Below, piece after piece: positions 17,635-28,693 of a stretch of 64,000 bases of DNA; position 1 is the first letter of the stretch, and each line of letters begins with the position of its first letter. The DNA is from Longimicrobiales bacterium (GTDB lineage: Bacteria; Gemmatimonadota; Gemmatimonadetes; Longimicrobiales; Gaopeijiaceae). Location: NCBI GenBank assembly GCA_965238005.1, contig OZ250165.1:3456001-3520000 (forward strand), written 5' to 3'. Under the pieces are notes generated by a model. It saw only the letters and a list, made by a program, of their open reading frames with translations, searched no databases and was not told the origin of the DNA. The position numbers and the translations under genes are program-made.

Positions 17635-18675
17635 TCACACGTTGAACCGCACGTGCATGATGTCGCCGTCGGCGACGACGTAGTCCTTTCCCTCGACCTG
17701 GAGACGTCCCGCGTCCTTCACCGCCTGCTCCGAGCCGTACTCCATGAAGGTCTCATACGGCATGACCTCGGCACGGATGAACCCACGCTCCAGGTCGGAG
17801 TGAATCCGTCCCGCGGCGAGTCGGGCTCTGGTGCCCCGGCGGATGGTCCACGCCCGCACCTCGTCGTGCCACACGGTGAAGAACGAGATGAGGTCCAGGA
17901 GGCCATAGGCGGTCCGGATGAACCTGGCGAGGGCGGACTCGCCGAGGCCCAGGTCTTCGAGAAAGGCGACCTGGTCTTCGGCATCGAGTCCGGCGATCTC
18001 GGCTTCCACGCTCGCCGAGAGCACGAGACCAGCGGCGTGTAGCTCGCTCACGCGGGACTCGAGATCGGGAGGCAAGGGCTCGGCCGCTTGGTCCTCGGCG
18101 CGATTCAGGGCCACGAGGAGGGACCGGTCCGTGAGCAAGCCGAAACCTCTCAGATGGTCGCGATTCAGCTCCTCGGCCGGGACGGATCGCAACGGGCGCT
18201 CCTCCTCCAGCGCCGCTTTCATCGTCTCGAACGAGGCCACCTCCTGCGCGTCGGCCTGCTCCTTTCGTGCTCGGTCGAGCCGCCGCTCGATGATCTCGTG
18301 GTCGGCGAAGACACACTCGGCGTGGAAGGCCTCAAGATCCCCCATGGGATCGGGGTCACCGTCGAGCGCGGGATTGGGAAAGTCCCTGAGCACCAGACAA
18401 AGCGCCTCCTGATCGCGGATCTGTTGGAGAGCCCGAGGCGAGAGGCCCTTCTTCTCGGCGCCGTGCTCCCCGGGGATGTCGCAGAAGCTCATCTCCGCAT
18501 ACGTGGTCTTCTTCGGCGAGAAGATGCGGGACAGCTCGTCGATCCGCGCGTCGGGCACCCTCACGGTGCCCAGGCGCACTTCGCCGCCGAAACCTACGGG
18601 CACGCCCAGGCCCGTCATCGCGTTGAACACCGTGGTCTTCCCTGAGCCCGCGAATCCAACCAAACCGATCTTCAT
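17635..18675 (-). CDS. ychF: Redox-regulated ATPase YchF
   Basis: GFAGSGKTT, VRVPDARI, EVRAWTI, IHSDLERGFIRAEV and EGKDYVVADGDIMHVRFNV. Confidence 0.93.
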   Translation of the reverse strand: MKIGLVGFAGSGKTTVFNAMTGLGVPVGFGGEVRLGTVRVPDARIDELSRIFSPKKTTYAEMSFCDIPGEHGAEKKGLSPRALQQIRDQEALCLVLRDFPNPALDGDPDPMGDLEAFHAECVFADHEIIERRLDRARKEQADAQEVASFETMKAALEEERPLRSVPAEELNRDHLRGFGLLTDRSLLVALNRAEDQAAEPLPPDLESRVSELHAAGLVLSASVEAEIAGLDAEDQVAFLEDLGLGESALARFIRTAYGLLDLISFFTVWHDEVRAWTIRRGTRARLAAGRIHSDLERGFIRAEVMPYETFMEYGSEQAVKDAGRLQVEGKDYVVADGDIMHVRFNV

Positions 18676-19223
18676 ACCTTCTCCGTTTTTCGAGGAAGGA
18701 TACATCATCGCGGGCCGATTGGTAGAATCTTCGCCAAGTCGGCAAACTGTGCTGCCCTTTTGCGACTTTTCCACACCGGAAAAGCCCGTCGAGCGGCCCC
18801 TCGCCACTGGCACGAATCTCGCAGCCGATAGGCTCTCGCAGTACCACAGAAGCATCTCCACCGATCTTCCTCACCTCGAGGCGATGCGTCAGGAGAAGCC
18901 CCGAAACGGGAGATCTCCCATGCGTATCTTCTCGTTCCCACCTCGTGCCGGATGCGCCGGCCCGGGTCACTACCTGCTCGCCCTGCAGGTTTGCCCCAGA
19001 CATTGGGATGGCGAACAGTGCTCGGCTCCTGGAGACCCGAACCATGTATAGGGCACCGGGCTCATCGGGCGGCACCGGGTTCTTCGTCCTCTTCCTCGTG
19101 GTTTGCGGCGCCCTGTACATGGGGGCGTGCCCGAACTCCACGGGAGATCCAGGACCGGCGGAAGCACAGGTTCGTCCCTGGAGCTACTGAGGCAGCTTGC
19201 CTATGCCGGCAGCACGCTCAGGG

Positions 19224-19255
19224 TTGACAGCCCCCGGCGTCTTCTATCATATCTA
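19224..19255 (+). promoter_or_regulatory. Probable sigma70 promoter of the leu operon
   Basis: TTGACA at 19224-19229 followed by an AT-rich TATCATATCTAA; spacing is imperfect. Confidence 0.5.
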
Positions 19256-19314
19256 AGTGCTTCTTTCTCGTTCACGGTGCGGCACCATGCGCCCCGCCCA
19301 AGGGAGCCCACAGC

Positions 19315-19419
19315 ATGATCTGGACTCAGGCGCTGACCTTTAGCCTTGAGGCCCTTCGACTTATCGGGCTTTTTCGGCCGATGAGAGGGCACCGGTTCGT
19401 GCGGCTCGAGGCAGCCTGA
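19315..19419 (+). CDS. leu operon leader peptide (34 aa)
   Basis: MIWTQALTFSLEALRLIGLFRPMRGHRFVRLEAA; six Leu, four of them clustered CTT codons; AAGGGAG RBS. Confidence 0.75.
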   Translation: MIWTQALTFSLEALRLIGLFRPMRGHRFVRLEAA

Positions 19420-19447
19420 GCGGGCGAGACCGGAAGCGCGAAATGCG

Positions 19448-19483
19448 CGGGCCCTCTCGGAAACGGGGGGGCCCGGTTTTTTT
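19448..19483 (+). terminator. leu attenuator terminator
   Basis: CGGGCCCTCTCG-GAAA-CGGGGGGGCCCG hairpin followed by a T-run, just before leuA. Confidence 0.85.
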
Positions 19484-19504
19484 GGGGCTGGCATAGGAAG
19501 AACC

Positions 19505-21061
19505 ATGGCCAAGATCAGAATCTTCGATACGACGCTCCGGGACGGTGAGCAGTCTCCAGGGTGCACGATGTCCACGGCCGAGAAGCTCAGGATGGCGCAT
19601 CAGCTCGACGAGTTGGGCGTCGACGTCATCGAGGCGGGCTTCCCAGTAGCATCGGAGGACGACTTCAACGGCGTGCGATCCATTGTCCGCGAGGTGCGTC
19701 GGCCCATCATCGCAGCCCTGGCGCGGGCGCACCCGGTCGACGTCGACCGGGCGGCGGCGGCGGTGGAGGAAGCGGAGCACGCACGGGTGCACGTCTTCCT
19801 TGCCACTTCGGACGTCCATCTCGAGCACAAGCTGGAGATCACCCGCGACGAATGCCTGGACCAGGTGGTGGAGGCCGTCGAGAGGGCCCGGCGACTCGCC
19901 GATGACGTGGAGTTCAGCGCCGAAGACGCGACCCGGACGGACGTGGCGTTCCTCTGTCAGGTTGTACAGGCAGCAGTGGAGGCAGGCGCCACTACGATCA
20001 ACATCCCCGACACCGTGGGCTACACCTTGCCCAGAGAGTACGCTGCGCTGATAGAGACACTGTTCCGCGACCTTGAGGGTCTGGAGAACACGGTGGTCAG
20101 CGTCCACTGCCACGACGATCTGGGGCTGGCGGTCGCGAACTCTCTGGCCGCCATCGAGGCCGGGGCGCGGCAGGTCGAGTGCACCATCAACGGCATCGGG
20201 GAGCGTGCCGGCAACGCGTCTCTCGAGGAGGTCGTGATGGCCCTCAAGGTGCGTGGGGACTTGACCGAGCACCACACGGACGTCAACACGCGATCCCTGT
20301 ACAAGGCGAGCCAGCTCCTCTCGCACCTGACCGGGATTCACCCCCAACCCAACAAGGCCATCGTGGGCAAGAACGCCTTCGCTCACGAAGCCGGCATCCA
20401 TCAGCACGGCATGCTCAAGGAGAAGATGACGTACGAGATCATGACCCCGGAGATGGTCGGTGCTCCCGGCACCCAGCTGGTCCTCGGGAAGCACTCCGGG
20501 CGGCATGGCCTCAAGAACCGGTACCAGGAGCTGGGTTACGAGCTGGAATCCGAGGAGCTGGACCGGGCCTACAAGCAGTTCACCCTCCTGGCGGACCAGA
20601 AGAAGACGGTCCTCGACGAGGATCTCCTGGTGATCCTGCACCATGAGGCCATGGTGGACACCCCGAGGGCGTTCCGTCTCGTCGAGCTGGACGTGAACTG
20701 CGGCGGCAAGTGGTCCACGGCGCGCGTTCGCGTCACCCACGGTGACGGCCCTCCCATGGAGGCCTCCGGCAAGGGTGACGGTCCCATCGCAGCGGCGTTC
20801 TCGGCCATCGACGAGCTGATCGATGCCACCGTCGCAATCGAGGACTTCAAGATCGTGGCCGCCACTCCGGGCCGGGACGCCGTCGGCGAGGTGAACCTCC
20901 ACGCCCGCATCGGCGGCCAGACCTTCGCCGGCCGGGGGGCGTCGACCGATGTGGTGGACGCCGCGGCCCGCGCCTACATCAATGCCCTCAACAAGGCGGA
21001 GCACGCCAAGGCCCTCGAGGGGATTAAACTGGAGAAGGAAAGCTACCTTTGGGGCGTCTGA
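19505..21061 (+). CDS. leuA: 2-isopropylmalate synthase
   Basis: FDTTLRDGEQSPG, HCHDDLGLAVAN, GIGERAGN, FAHEAGIHQHG and a C-terminal regulatory domain. Confidence 0.97.
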   Translation: MAKIRIFDTTLRDGEQSPGCTMSTAEKLRMAHQLDELGVDVIEAGFPVASEDDFNGVRSIVREVRRPIIAALARAHPVDVDRAAAAVEEAEHARVHVFLATSDVHLEHKLEITRDECLDQVVEAVERARRLADDVEFSAEDATRTDVAFLCQVVQAAVEAGATTINIPDTVGYTLPREYAALIETLFRDLEGLENTVVSVHCHDDLGLAVANSLAAIEAGARQVECTINGIGERAGNASLEEVVMALKVRGDLTEHHTDVNTRSLYKASQLLSHLTGIHPQPNKAIVGKNAFAHEAGIHQHGMLKEKMTYEIMTPEMVGAPGTQLVLGKHSGRHGLKNRYQELGYELESEELDRAYKQFTLLADQKKTVLDEDLLVILHHEAMVDTPRAFRLVELDVNCGGKWSTARVRVTHGDGPPMEASGKGDGPIAAAFSAIDELIDATVAIEDFKIVAATPGRDAVGEVNLHARIGGQTFAGRGASTDVVDAAARAYINALNKAEHAKALEGIKLEKESYLWGV

Positions 21062-21063
21062 CA

Positions 21064-22208
21064 TGAATTGGCGCATCGCCGTTCTCCCCGGGGATGGAGT
21101 GGGCTCCGAGGTAATCGACGCAGCCGTTATGGTGCTTCGGGCGACAGCCAAGCGCTTCGGTCACGAAGCGAGCCTGGACTTCCACGACGTGGGCTGGACC
21201 GCCTACGACCGCCACGGCGTCCCGCTCCCCGAAGACACCCTGGAGGCCTGTCGGTCGGCAGACGCCGTGCTCCTGGGAGCCGTCGGCGATCCCCGCGGAG
21301 ACGGCCTCGATCCCGAGGTACGGCCGGAGGCGGCTCTCCTGGCCTTGCGGCAGGAGATGGGGTGCTTCGCCAACCTTCGTCCGGTTCGTCTCCTCGCCGC
21401 CCTCGCGGACGCGTCTCCACTGCGCCGCGAACGTGTCGACGGCACCGACCTGGTGATCGTCCGCGAGCTGGCCGGCGGGATCTACTACGGACAGCCCCGC
21501 GGCGCCGTCGACGGCGGCCAGGCCGCAGTGGACACCATGCGGTACCACCGGGACGAAGTCGTCAGGATTGCCAAGGTAGCGTTCGAGACGGCCCGGGGCC
21601 GGCGGAAGAAGGTCCTCTCCATCGACAAGGCCAACGTCCTCCACACCTCGAGACTCTGGCGCAAGGTGGTCGACGGCGTGGCGGAGGATTATCCCGACGT
21701 GGAGTGCCATCACATGCTCGTCGACCGGGCCGCCATGGAGCTCGTGCTCAATCCCACCGGCCTCGACGTGATGCTCACGCCGAACCTGTTCGGCGACGTG
21801 CTGAGCGACGAGGCCGCCGCGGTGGTGGGATCCATCGGGCTGCTTGCTTCCGCGAGCATTGGTGGAGACGGTGGGATCTTCGAGCCGGTCCACGGCTCGG
21901 CCCCGGACATCGCAGGAACGGGCACTGCCAATCCCCTCGCCACCATTCTGTCGGCGGCACTGCTGCTCCGTCACGTCTACGGACACGAGGCGGAGGCCAG
22001 GGCCATCGAAGCCGCGGTGGAGCAGGTCCTGGAGGGCGGGCTGCGGACACCGGACCTGGCTCGTGGCGATGAGCCAGCGGTTGGAACGGAAGCCATGGGT
22101 AAAGCGGTGGCCGATGCGGTCAGCAGGGCCGAGGCCGCAGCGAGTGCCGAGGCCGGTGCCGTGACCGGCGTCGACGTGGCGAGCGAAGAGGCGTCATCCC
22201 ATGCCTAG
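21064..22208 (+). CDS. leuB: 3-isopropylmalate dehydrogenase
   Basis: [26 protein letters not shown] and [12 protein letters not shown]. Confidence 0.96.
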
Positions 22209-23601
22209 GACGATGCTGGACAAGATCTGGGACGCCCATCTCGTGCACAGCGAGGAGGGCAGGCCGGACCTCCTTTACATCGATCTCCACCTCCTCCACG
22301 AGGTGACCTCGGCGCAGGCGTTCGAGGGGCTTCGCCTGGCGGGCCGGACTGTGCGGCGTCCCGAGCTTTGCGTGGCCACTGTCGACCACAACGTGCCCAC
22401 CACCGACCGCTCCCTTCCCATCCTCGACGACCTGGCCCGTCTCCAGATCCAGGCGCTCGGCAAGAACGCGCAGGAATTCGGAATCGAGCTTTTCGACGTC
22501 GACAGCCCCCACCAGGGGATCGTTCACGTCATCGGACCGGAGATGGGTTTCACCCAGCCTGGAATGACCATCGTGTGCGGCGACAGCCACACGTCGACGC
22601 ACGGAGCGTTCGGGGCTCTGGCCATGGGGATCGGCACATCCCAGGTCGAGCACGTGCTGGCGACCCAGTGCCTGCCCAGGGCCCGGCCCAAGTCGTTGGA
22701 GATCCGGGTCAATGGGGAGCTGCCGCCTGGAGTGACGGCGAAAGACCTGATCCTCGGCATCATCGCCCAGATCGGGATAGCGGGCGGCACCGGCCAGGTC
22801 ATCGAGTACACGGGCGAGGCAATCCGCGCTCTCTCCATGGAGGAGCGCATGACGGTCTGCAACATGTCCATCGAAGCGGGTGCCCGCGCCGGCATGATCG
22901 CCCCTGACGAAACCACCTTCCGCTATCTGGAGGGACGGCCCAGGGCGCCCCAGGGGGAAGCATTCGAGCACGCCGTGTCCCGTTGGCGGGGGCTCGCCAC
23001 CGACGAAGGGTCCACCTTCGACAAGAGCGTGGAGGTCGATGCAGCGTCCCTGGAGCCCTTCGTCACATGGGGGACCAACCCGGGGATGTCGATCCCGGTC
23101 TCGGGAAGCATCCCAGGGCCCGAATCCGCAACATCGGCCGACGATCTGGAGGCGGTGGAGCGGGCTCTCGCCTACATGGACCTGAAGCCCGGCACTCCCA
23201 TCCAGGAGGTCTCAATCGACCGGGTCTTCCTGGGCTCCTGCACCAACGCCCGAATCGAGGATCTGCGGGCCGCCGCCTCGGTCCTGGACGGTCACGAAGT
23301 CCACGAGAGTGTCCGTGCCATGGTGGTCCCGGGATCGGCGGCGGTGAAACGCGCCGCCGAAGAAGAGGGCCTCGACCGGGTCTTCATCGAGGCGGGCTTC
23401 GAGTGGCGGGAAGCGGGGTGCTCCATGTGCTTGGGGATGAACCCGGACATCCTGGGCCCCGGCGAGCGCTGCGCATCCACCTCCAACCGTAACTTCGAGG
23501 GACGCCAGGGGCGGGGGGGACGAACGCACCTGGTGAGCCCGCAGATGGCGGCGGCCGCGGCCGTAGCCGGCCACTTCGTCGACATTCGGGACTGGGTCTG
23601 A
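22201..23601 (+). CDS. leuC: 3-isopropylmalate dehydratase large subunit
   Basis: [35 protein letters not shown] and [12 protein letters not shown]. Confidence 0.97.
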   Translation: MPRTMLDKIWDAHLVHSEEGRPDLLYIDLHLLHEVTSAQAFEGLRLAGRTVRRPELCVATVDHNVPTTDRSLPILDDLARLQIQALGKNAQEFGIELFDVDSPHQGIVHVIGPEMGFTQPGMTIVCGDSHTSTHGAFGALAMGIGTSQVEHVLATQCLPRARPKSLEIRVNGELPPGVTAKDLILGIIAQIGIAGGTGQVIEYTGEAIRALSMEERMTVCNMSIEAGARAGMIAPDETTFRYLEGRPRAPQGEAFEHAVSRWRGLATDEGSTFDKSVEVDAASLEPFVTWGTNPGMSIPVSGSIPGPESATSADDLEAVERALAYMDLKPGTPIQEVSIDRVFLGSCTNARIEDLRAAASVLDGHEVHESVRAMVVPGSAAVKRAAEEEGLDRVFIEAGFEWREAGCSMCLGMNPDILGPGERCASTSNRNFEGRQGRGGRTHLVSPQMAAAAAVAGHFVDIRDWV

Positions 23602-23604
23602 CCC

Positions 23605-24207
23605 GTGGAGCCTTTCACCACACACACCGGGCTGGTGGCGCCGTTGGATCGCGTCGACGTAGACACAGATCAGATCATCCCGAAGCAGTTCCTGAAGCGG
23701 ATCGAGCGCACCGGATACGGCCAGTTTCTCTTTCACGATTGGCGCGCCCGTGAGGACGGCTCCCTGGACCCGGACTTCTCCCTCAACCGCCCCGAGTACG
23801 CCGGAGCCAGCATCCTCGTCGCGGGCCGAAACTTCGGCTGCGGCTCGTCCCGGGAGCACGCGCCCTGGGCGCTGACCGACTTCGGGTTCCGGGCCGTCAT
23901 CGTCCCAAGCTTCGCGGACATCTTCAAGAGCAACAGCTTCCAGAATGGCTTGCTGCCCATCGAGCTGGCCGAAGACGAGATCGCGCATGTCATGGTGGCG
24001 GCCCAGTCCGGCGACGGCTACTCCCTGAGGGTGGATCTGGAAGCGCAGCTGGTCAGTGACGGAAACGCCTGGCAGGCAGACTTCTCCGTCGATCCCTTCC
24101 GGCGGCGCTGCCTTCTGAACGGCTTAGACGACATCGCCCTCACCCTCCAGCTCGAAAGCCGGATCCAGGTGTTCGAGGACGCGCGGAGGGCAGCGGCCAC
24201 GGGTTGA
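23605..24207 (+). CDS. leuD: 3-isopropylmalate dehydratase small subunit
   Basis: [26 protein letters not shown] and LLNGLDDI. Confidence 0.97.
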   Translation: MEPFTTHTGLVAPLDRVDVDTDQIIPKQFLKRIERTGYGQFLFHDWRAREDGSLDPDFSLNRPEYAGASILVAGRNFGCGSSREHAPWALTDFGFRAVIVPSFADIFKSNSFQNGLLPIELAEDEIAHVMVAAQSGDGYSLRVDLEAQLVSDGNAWQADFSVDPFRRRCLLNGLDDIALTLQLESRIQVFEDARRAAATG

Positions 24208-24223
24208 GTGCCCTCGCGTCGTG

Positions 24224-25909
24224 TCAGCTAGTCGTCGCCCCCGTGGCGGCCGACGACACCAGCCGTGCGTACTTGGCCATGACCCCAGGAGTGATCTTCC
24301 GGTCCGCGGGCCGCCACTCCTTCAGCCTGGCTCGCAACTCATCGTCTCCAAGGTTGACCGAGAGCGTACGGGCCGGAATGTCGAAGGTGATCTCATCGCC
24401 GTCCCGGACGGCGGCGATCGGCCCGCCCGCCACCGCCTCGGGTGCCACATGACCCGCCATGAGCCCGTGCGTCGCACCGGAGAATCGACCGTCGGTGAGG
24501 AGGCCCACCGTTTCGCCCAATCCGGCCCCGGCGATGGCCGCAGTGACCGCCAGCATCTCCCGCATGCCGGGCCCGCCGCGGGGCCCCTCACCCCGGATGA
24601 CCACAACGTCGCCCTCTCGAATCGATCCGGTCTGGACCGCCTCGAAGGCCGCTTCCTCCTCCTCGAAGACGCGGGCCGGCCCCGAGTGGTACGTCCGCTC
24701 GTGGCCGGCCACCTTCAGCACACATCCGTCGGGAGCCAGGTTGCCCTCGAGCACTACCAAGCCGCCCTGTGCTTTGAGGGGATCGGACACGGACCGCACG
24801 ACCTCCTGCCCCGGCGCCTCCATGGCGCCTTCGGTCTCATCCGCCAGTGTCCGTCCGGTGACGGTCATGGCTTCTCCATGCAGGAGTCCGGCATCCAGCA
24901 GCCGTCGCGTGACCAGCGCGACACCGCCCGCTCGGTGCAGGTCGGTGGCCACGAATCGCCCCCCGGGCTTCAGATCGGCGATGAGGGGGGTCCTGGCGCT
25001 GATGCGATCGAAGTCGCGCATTTCGAGCGCTACGCCCGCTTCATGAGCCAGAGCCATCAGGTGGAGCACCGAGTTGGTGGACCCGCCCGTCGCCACGGCG
25101 ACGGCGATCCCGTTCTCCAGGCTCTCGCGCGTGATGATGTCTCGTGGGCGAAGCTCTGACTGGACCAGCTCCACGGCCAGGCGTCCACACGCCCGTGCCA
25201 CCTCTTCCTTGGCAGGGTCGACCGCTGGGACGGATCCACTGCCCATGGGCGAGACCCCCATGGCCTCGAAGACCGTGGCCATGGTGTTGGCCGTGAACTG
25301 GCCACCGCAGGCACCCGGACCCGGGCAGGCCGCTCTCTCGAGGTCATCCAGGTCCTCCTGGCTCATGCGCCCGGCGGCGCACGCGCCGATGCCCTCGAAG
25401 ACGTCCTGGATAGTCACGTCCCGACCTCGATACCGACCGGGCTGGATGGAGCCGCCGTACAGCATGAGCGAGGGCCGATCCAGCCGAGCCATCGCCATGA
25501 CCGTGCCCGGAATGGTCTTGTCACAGCCGGAGAGCGTGACCAGGCCATCGAAGTGGTATCCTAGGGCCACGAGCTCGATGGAGTCCGCCACGACTTCCCT
25601 GCTGACCAGCGATGCTTTCATTCCCACCGTGCCCATGGTGATTCCGTCCGAGACGACGATGGTGTTGAACTCGAGGGCCACGCCCCCCGCTTCCCGGACG
25701 CCCTCCTTCACCCAGGCGCCGAGCCCCCGAAGATGGGCGTTGCAGGGAGTGGTGTCGGTCCAGGTGTTGGCGACGCCGATCAAGGGCCGGCCGAAGTCGT
25801 CATCCCCTAGGCCGACTGCCCGCAGCATCGAACGAGCGGCGGCGCGGTCCCGTCCGAGGACGAGGTCGTGGCTGATGAGCGGAAGCCGACGGGTAGATTC
25901 ACCACTCAT
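24224..25909 (-). CDS. ilvD: Dihydroxy-acid dehydratase
   Basis: [38 protein letters not shown] and TDGRFSG. Confidence 0.96.
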   Translation of the reverse strand: MSGESTRRLPLISHDLVLGRDRAAARSMLRAVGLGDDDFGRPLIGVANTWTDTTPCNAHLRGLGAWVKEGVREAGGVALEFNTIVVSDGITMGTVGMKASLVSREVVADSIELVALGYHFDGLVTLSGCDKTIPGTVMAMARLDRPSLMLYGGSIQPGRYRGRDVTIQDVFEGIGACAAGRMSQEDLDDLERAACPGPGACGGQFTANTMATVFEAMGVSPMGSGSVPAVDPAKEEVARACGRLAVELVQSELRPRDIITRESLENGIAVAVATGGSTNSVLHLMALAHEAGVALEMRDFDRISARTPLIADLKPGGRFVATDLHRAGGVALVTRRLLDAGLLHGEAMTVTGRTLADETEGAMEAPGQEVVRSVSDPLKAQGGLVVLEGNLAPDGCVLKVAGHERTYHSGPARVFEEEEAAFEAVQTGSIREGDVVVIRGEGPRGGPGMREMLAVTAAIAGAGLGETVGLLTDGRFSGATHGLMAGHVAPEAVAGGPIAAVRDGDEITFDIPARTLSVNLGDDELRARLKEWRPADRKITPGVMAKYARLVSSAATGATTS

Positions 25910-26859
25910 CGGACGGAAACCCGCTTCGGTTGATGCACCAGGCTCCTCCACCCGTAGGGATCCGGCCGTTTTCCACGGACCAGATCCATGTACTCCTTCT
26001 GCAGCCACTTGGTGAGGGGACCGACGCCCCCATCCGCGACCGGGATCCGGTCGACGCTTCGGACAGGAGTGATCTCTGCGGCGGTTCCGGTCAGGAAGAG
26101 CTCCTCGGCCAGGTAGAGCATCTCCCTGGGTATGGCTTGTTCTCGTGCGGGAATCCCGAGATCATTTGCCAAGGTCAGCACCGAATCCCGCGTGATCCCG
26201 CGGAGGTTGGTGCCGTCGAGGGGCGGCGTCATGAGCGTGCCCCCGCTCACGACGAAGAGGTTCTGGGCGCTGGCCTCGCTGACCAGCCCATCCGGCCGTA
26301 GGCCGATGGCCTCGGCGTACCCGTTCGCCTCCGCCTCCATCTTCATGAGCTGGCTCGCCAGGTAGGTGCCGCCGGCCTTGGCCATGGTGGGCAGGGTGTT
26401 CGGCGCCGGCCGACTCCAGCTCGAGACGCAGACGTCCACGCCCTCCACGAGGGCAGCCGAGCCCAGGTACTGCCCCCACGGCCAGGAGACGACGTACGTC
26501 TCCACCGGGCTGGCGCCGGGGTGCACCCCCAGGGCCCCGAGGCCGCGAAAGGCCACAGGACGGATATAGCCCGAGCTCAGTCCGTTGGCTCGCACGACCT
26601 CACGGCACGCCTCGGCCAGGGTCTCGGCGCTCACGTCCATGGGCATGCGATAGATCCGTGCGGAGTCGAGAAAGCGCTTCACATGGCCCTCGAGCCGGAA
26701 GATGGACGGGCCGTCCGGTGTCTCGTAGAACCGGATCCCCTCGAACACCGACGAGCCGTAGTGCACCACGTGACTCATGACGTGGAGCTGTCCGGCATCC
26801 CAAGGGACGATCTCCCCGTCTTTCCAGATCCAGTCGGTCTTCCCTGAGAACTCAGCCAT
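25906..26859 (-). CDS. ilvE: Branched-chain amino acid aminotransferase
   Basis: [29 protein letters not shown] and GTAAEITP. Confidence 0.95.
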   Translation of the reverse strand: MAEFSGKTDWIWKDGEIVPWDAGQLHVMSHVVHYGSSVFEGIRFYETPDGPSIFRLEGHVKRFLDSARIYRMPMDVSAETLAEACREVVRANGLSSGYIRPVAFRGLGALGVHPGASPVETYVVSWPWGQYLGSAALVEGVDVCVSSWSRPAPNTLPTMAKAGGTYLASQLMKMEAEANGYAEAIGLRPDGLVSEASAQNLFVVSGGTLMTPPLDGTNLRGITRDSVLTLANDLGIPAREQAIPREMLYLAEELFLTGTAAEITPVRSVDRIPVADGGVGPLTKWLQKEYMDLVRGKRPDPYGWRSLVHQPKRVSVR

Positions 26860-26879
26860 GGCGGGCCTCGCTTCCTCGC

Positions 26880-26987
26880 TCACAGCCAAGCCATACGACC
26901 GACGACAGCCACTCGTCGGCGGTCCAACAGAGTGCGGTCGGCATCGGCCGCCTCGAAGAACCTCTTGTCGAACTCTTGTTCACTCAT
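26880..26987 (-). pseudogene. ilvC: Ketol-acid reductoisomerase collapsed to 35 codons (N-terminus joined to C-terminus)
   Basis: [30 protein letters not shown] (IlvC-like start) joined directly to RMAWL* (IlvC-like end); GAAGGACGAGGAC RBS; position in the ilv operon. Confidence 0.65.
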
Positions 26988-27087
26988 GTCCTCGTCCTTC
27001 CAATTGATTGGGTTTCGTGTTCGCTCTTGCGGGGATGAGAAGCTCCCCGGTCCTGGAAGCGCTCGACAGCTCCCCTCGTCGCCAGAC

Positions 27088-27341
27088 CCGTTAACCAGGT
27101 TGGTGGCCCCGGGCCCGCTGGTGGCGACACACACCCCGGTCCGCCCCGTGGCACGGGCGTAGCCGTCCGCCGCGTGGGCGGCCGCCTGCTCGTGCCTAGT
27201 GAGCACGTGGCGAAGGCCCTCGCTCCCGTAGAGCGCATCGTAGAACGGGAGGATCGCCCCGCCCGGATGGCCCAAGAGGACCCAGACGTCCTCGGCCAGG
27301 AGGGCCTCGCAGAGCAGATCGGCTCCGGCCACGGTGCTCAT
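27088..27341 (-). pseudogene. ilvB: Acetolactate synthase large subunit, N-terminal ~83 aa only
   Basis: [29 protein letters not shown] and [10 protein letters not shown], then similarity stops. Confidence 0.9.
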
Positions 27342-27451
27342 GGCCGGCGTCGCACAGCAGCGCAGGGCGGAGCCATCGCTCGCGACCCGGAGCCGAAGGC
27401 ACGGGTGGGTGCAGAAAAGGTGATCTCTTGCATGGCCGCTTCTCCAGGGCC

Positions 27452-27488
27452 AGAAAGAAGCGGGCCCTCCCGTTTCGAGAGGGCCCGC
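27452..27488 (-). terminator. ilv attenuator terminator
   Basis: (-) GCGGGCCCTCTCG-AAA-CGGGAGGGCCCGC-TTCTTTCT. Confidence 0.82.
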
Positions 27489-27513
27489 CGCCGTGCTCTG
27501 CTTTGCTTCCGGT

Positions 27514-27666
27514 CTATGTCGCTTCGGGCAAAGCGCACCCGGGCCCTCTCTCGACGAGCTCGCTAATAGGGAGCCCGTCGAGCGTAATAACGCTAACGAC
27601 GAGGGTCGGTGTGCGGTTTGACATCAGTTCGACGTGCCGGTCTCGGTCCGTTCCTTCGATGCTCAT
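27514..27666 (-). CDS. ilv operon leader peptide (50 aa, or 36 aa from the second Met)
   Basis: [53 protein letters not shown] cluster with GTT, GTT, ATT and ATT codons. Confidence 0.7.
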   Translation of the reverse strand: MSIEGTDRDRHVELMSNRTPTLVVSVITLDGLPISELVERGPGCALPEAT

Positions 27667-27852
27667 GTCCTACAATTAACCGCTCAAGGAAACAGATGGC
27701 GTGTGGGAAGTCAAGGGAAAGTTTTTAGAGGCTGCTCACCCCTACCGAAACCTGCCCCTCCCAGCCACCGTACGCTCCGGAAGGGAGAGCCGTCTCTTCT
27801 GCCCCACACGACAGACACCGGTCGGACCCGACCTCTACGAGAATCGAACGCT

Positions 27853-28666
27853 ATGGAACGCCTGACTCGAGACCTCCGCTACGCCGCCCGCCGCCTCCTC
27901 AAGAAGCCGGTGTCTTCAGCGGGGTGGCGTCATCGCGATTGAGCTTCATCCAGACGGACGTCGAGGGTGGCGTGGAGATGGTCCCGGCAGACTCGTGAGC
28001 GGCAGCTACTTCCCGCTGCTCGGCGTTCCCGCGCATATCGGCCGAACGCTGCTTCCCGAGGACAACGTCTCTCCCGGGGGTCACTACGTGGTGATGCTCG
28101 ACTATGGCTTCTGGCAGCGGCGGTACGGGGGGGATCCGTCGGTGGTGGGACAGGAGATCAGGCTGAACGGGCGAGCCTATTCCATCGTGGGGGTGGTGCC
28201 GGAGGAGGGGGGACGGCCGGGCTGGTCTTCGGATAGGCGCCGGCCCTTCAGGCGAGCAAGGCGGACATCGCCTCGACCCTGAAGGACGAAGGCACGGGCG
28301 GTGGGCGCCCCGGGCGCGTGACGCTCAGGAGCGCCCTGGTGGTGACGCAGGTGGCCGTGTCCCTCATGCTCCTCATCGGGGCCGGCCTCTTCCCGCGAAG
28401 CCCGCACCGCTGTGGATCCGGGATTCGGAGCCAACCCGGCAGCTATCGTCACGATCCAGACCGCAGCGGATCGGTACTCGACGGACGAAGCTCGAGTGTT
28501 CTTCCGCTCCTTCCGCAAAGAGGCGCTTCGGCTTCCCAGGGTGACCGCCGTGGGTATGTCCGGAGACCAGCCCTGCGTGCTGGCGTTGGTGGTATGGCTG
28601 GCCGCGTGGATACCGGCGCGGCGGGCGGGCAGGATCGACCCCGTAAGGGCGCTGAGGGCGGAGTAG
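27853..28666 (+). pseudogene. MacB-type (ADOP-like) duplicated ABC permease reduced to colinear fragments
   Basis: MERLTRDLRYAARRLLKKP / SGSYFPLLGV..GRTLLPED...WQRRYGGDPSVVG / LRSALVVTQVAVSLMLLIGAGLF / DPGF / AAWIPARRAGRIDPVRALRAE*, all within ~810 bp. Confidence 0.85.
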
Positions 28667-28693
28667 GCCCGGAAAGCCTGCTCCCGCTACGGA

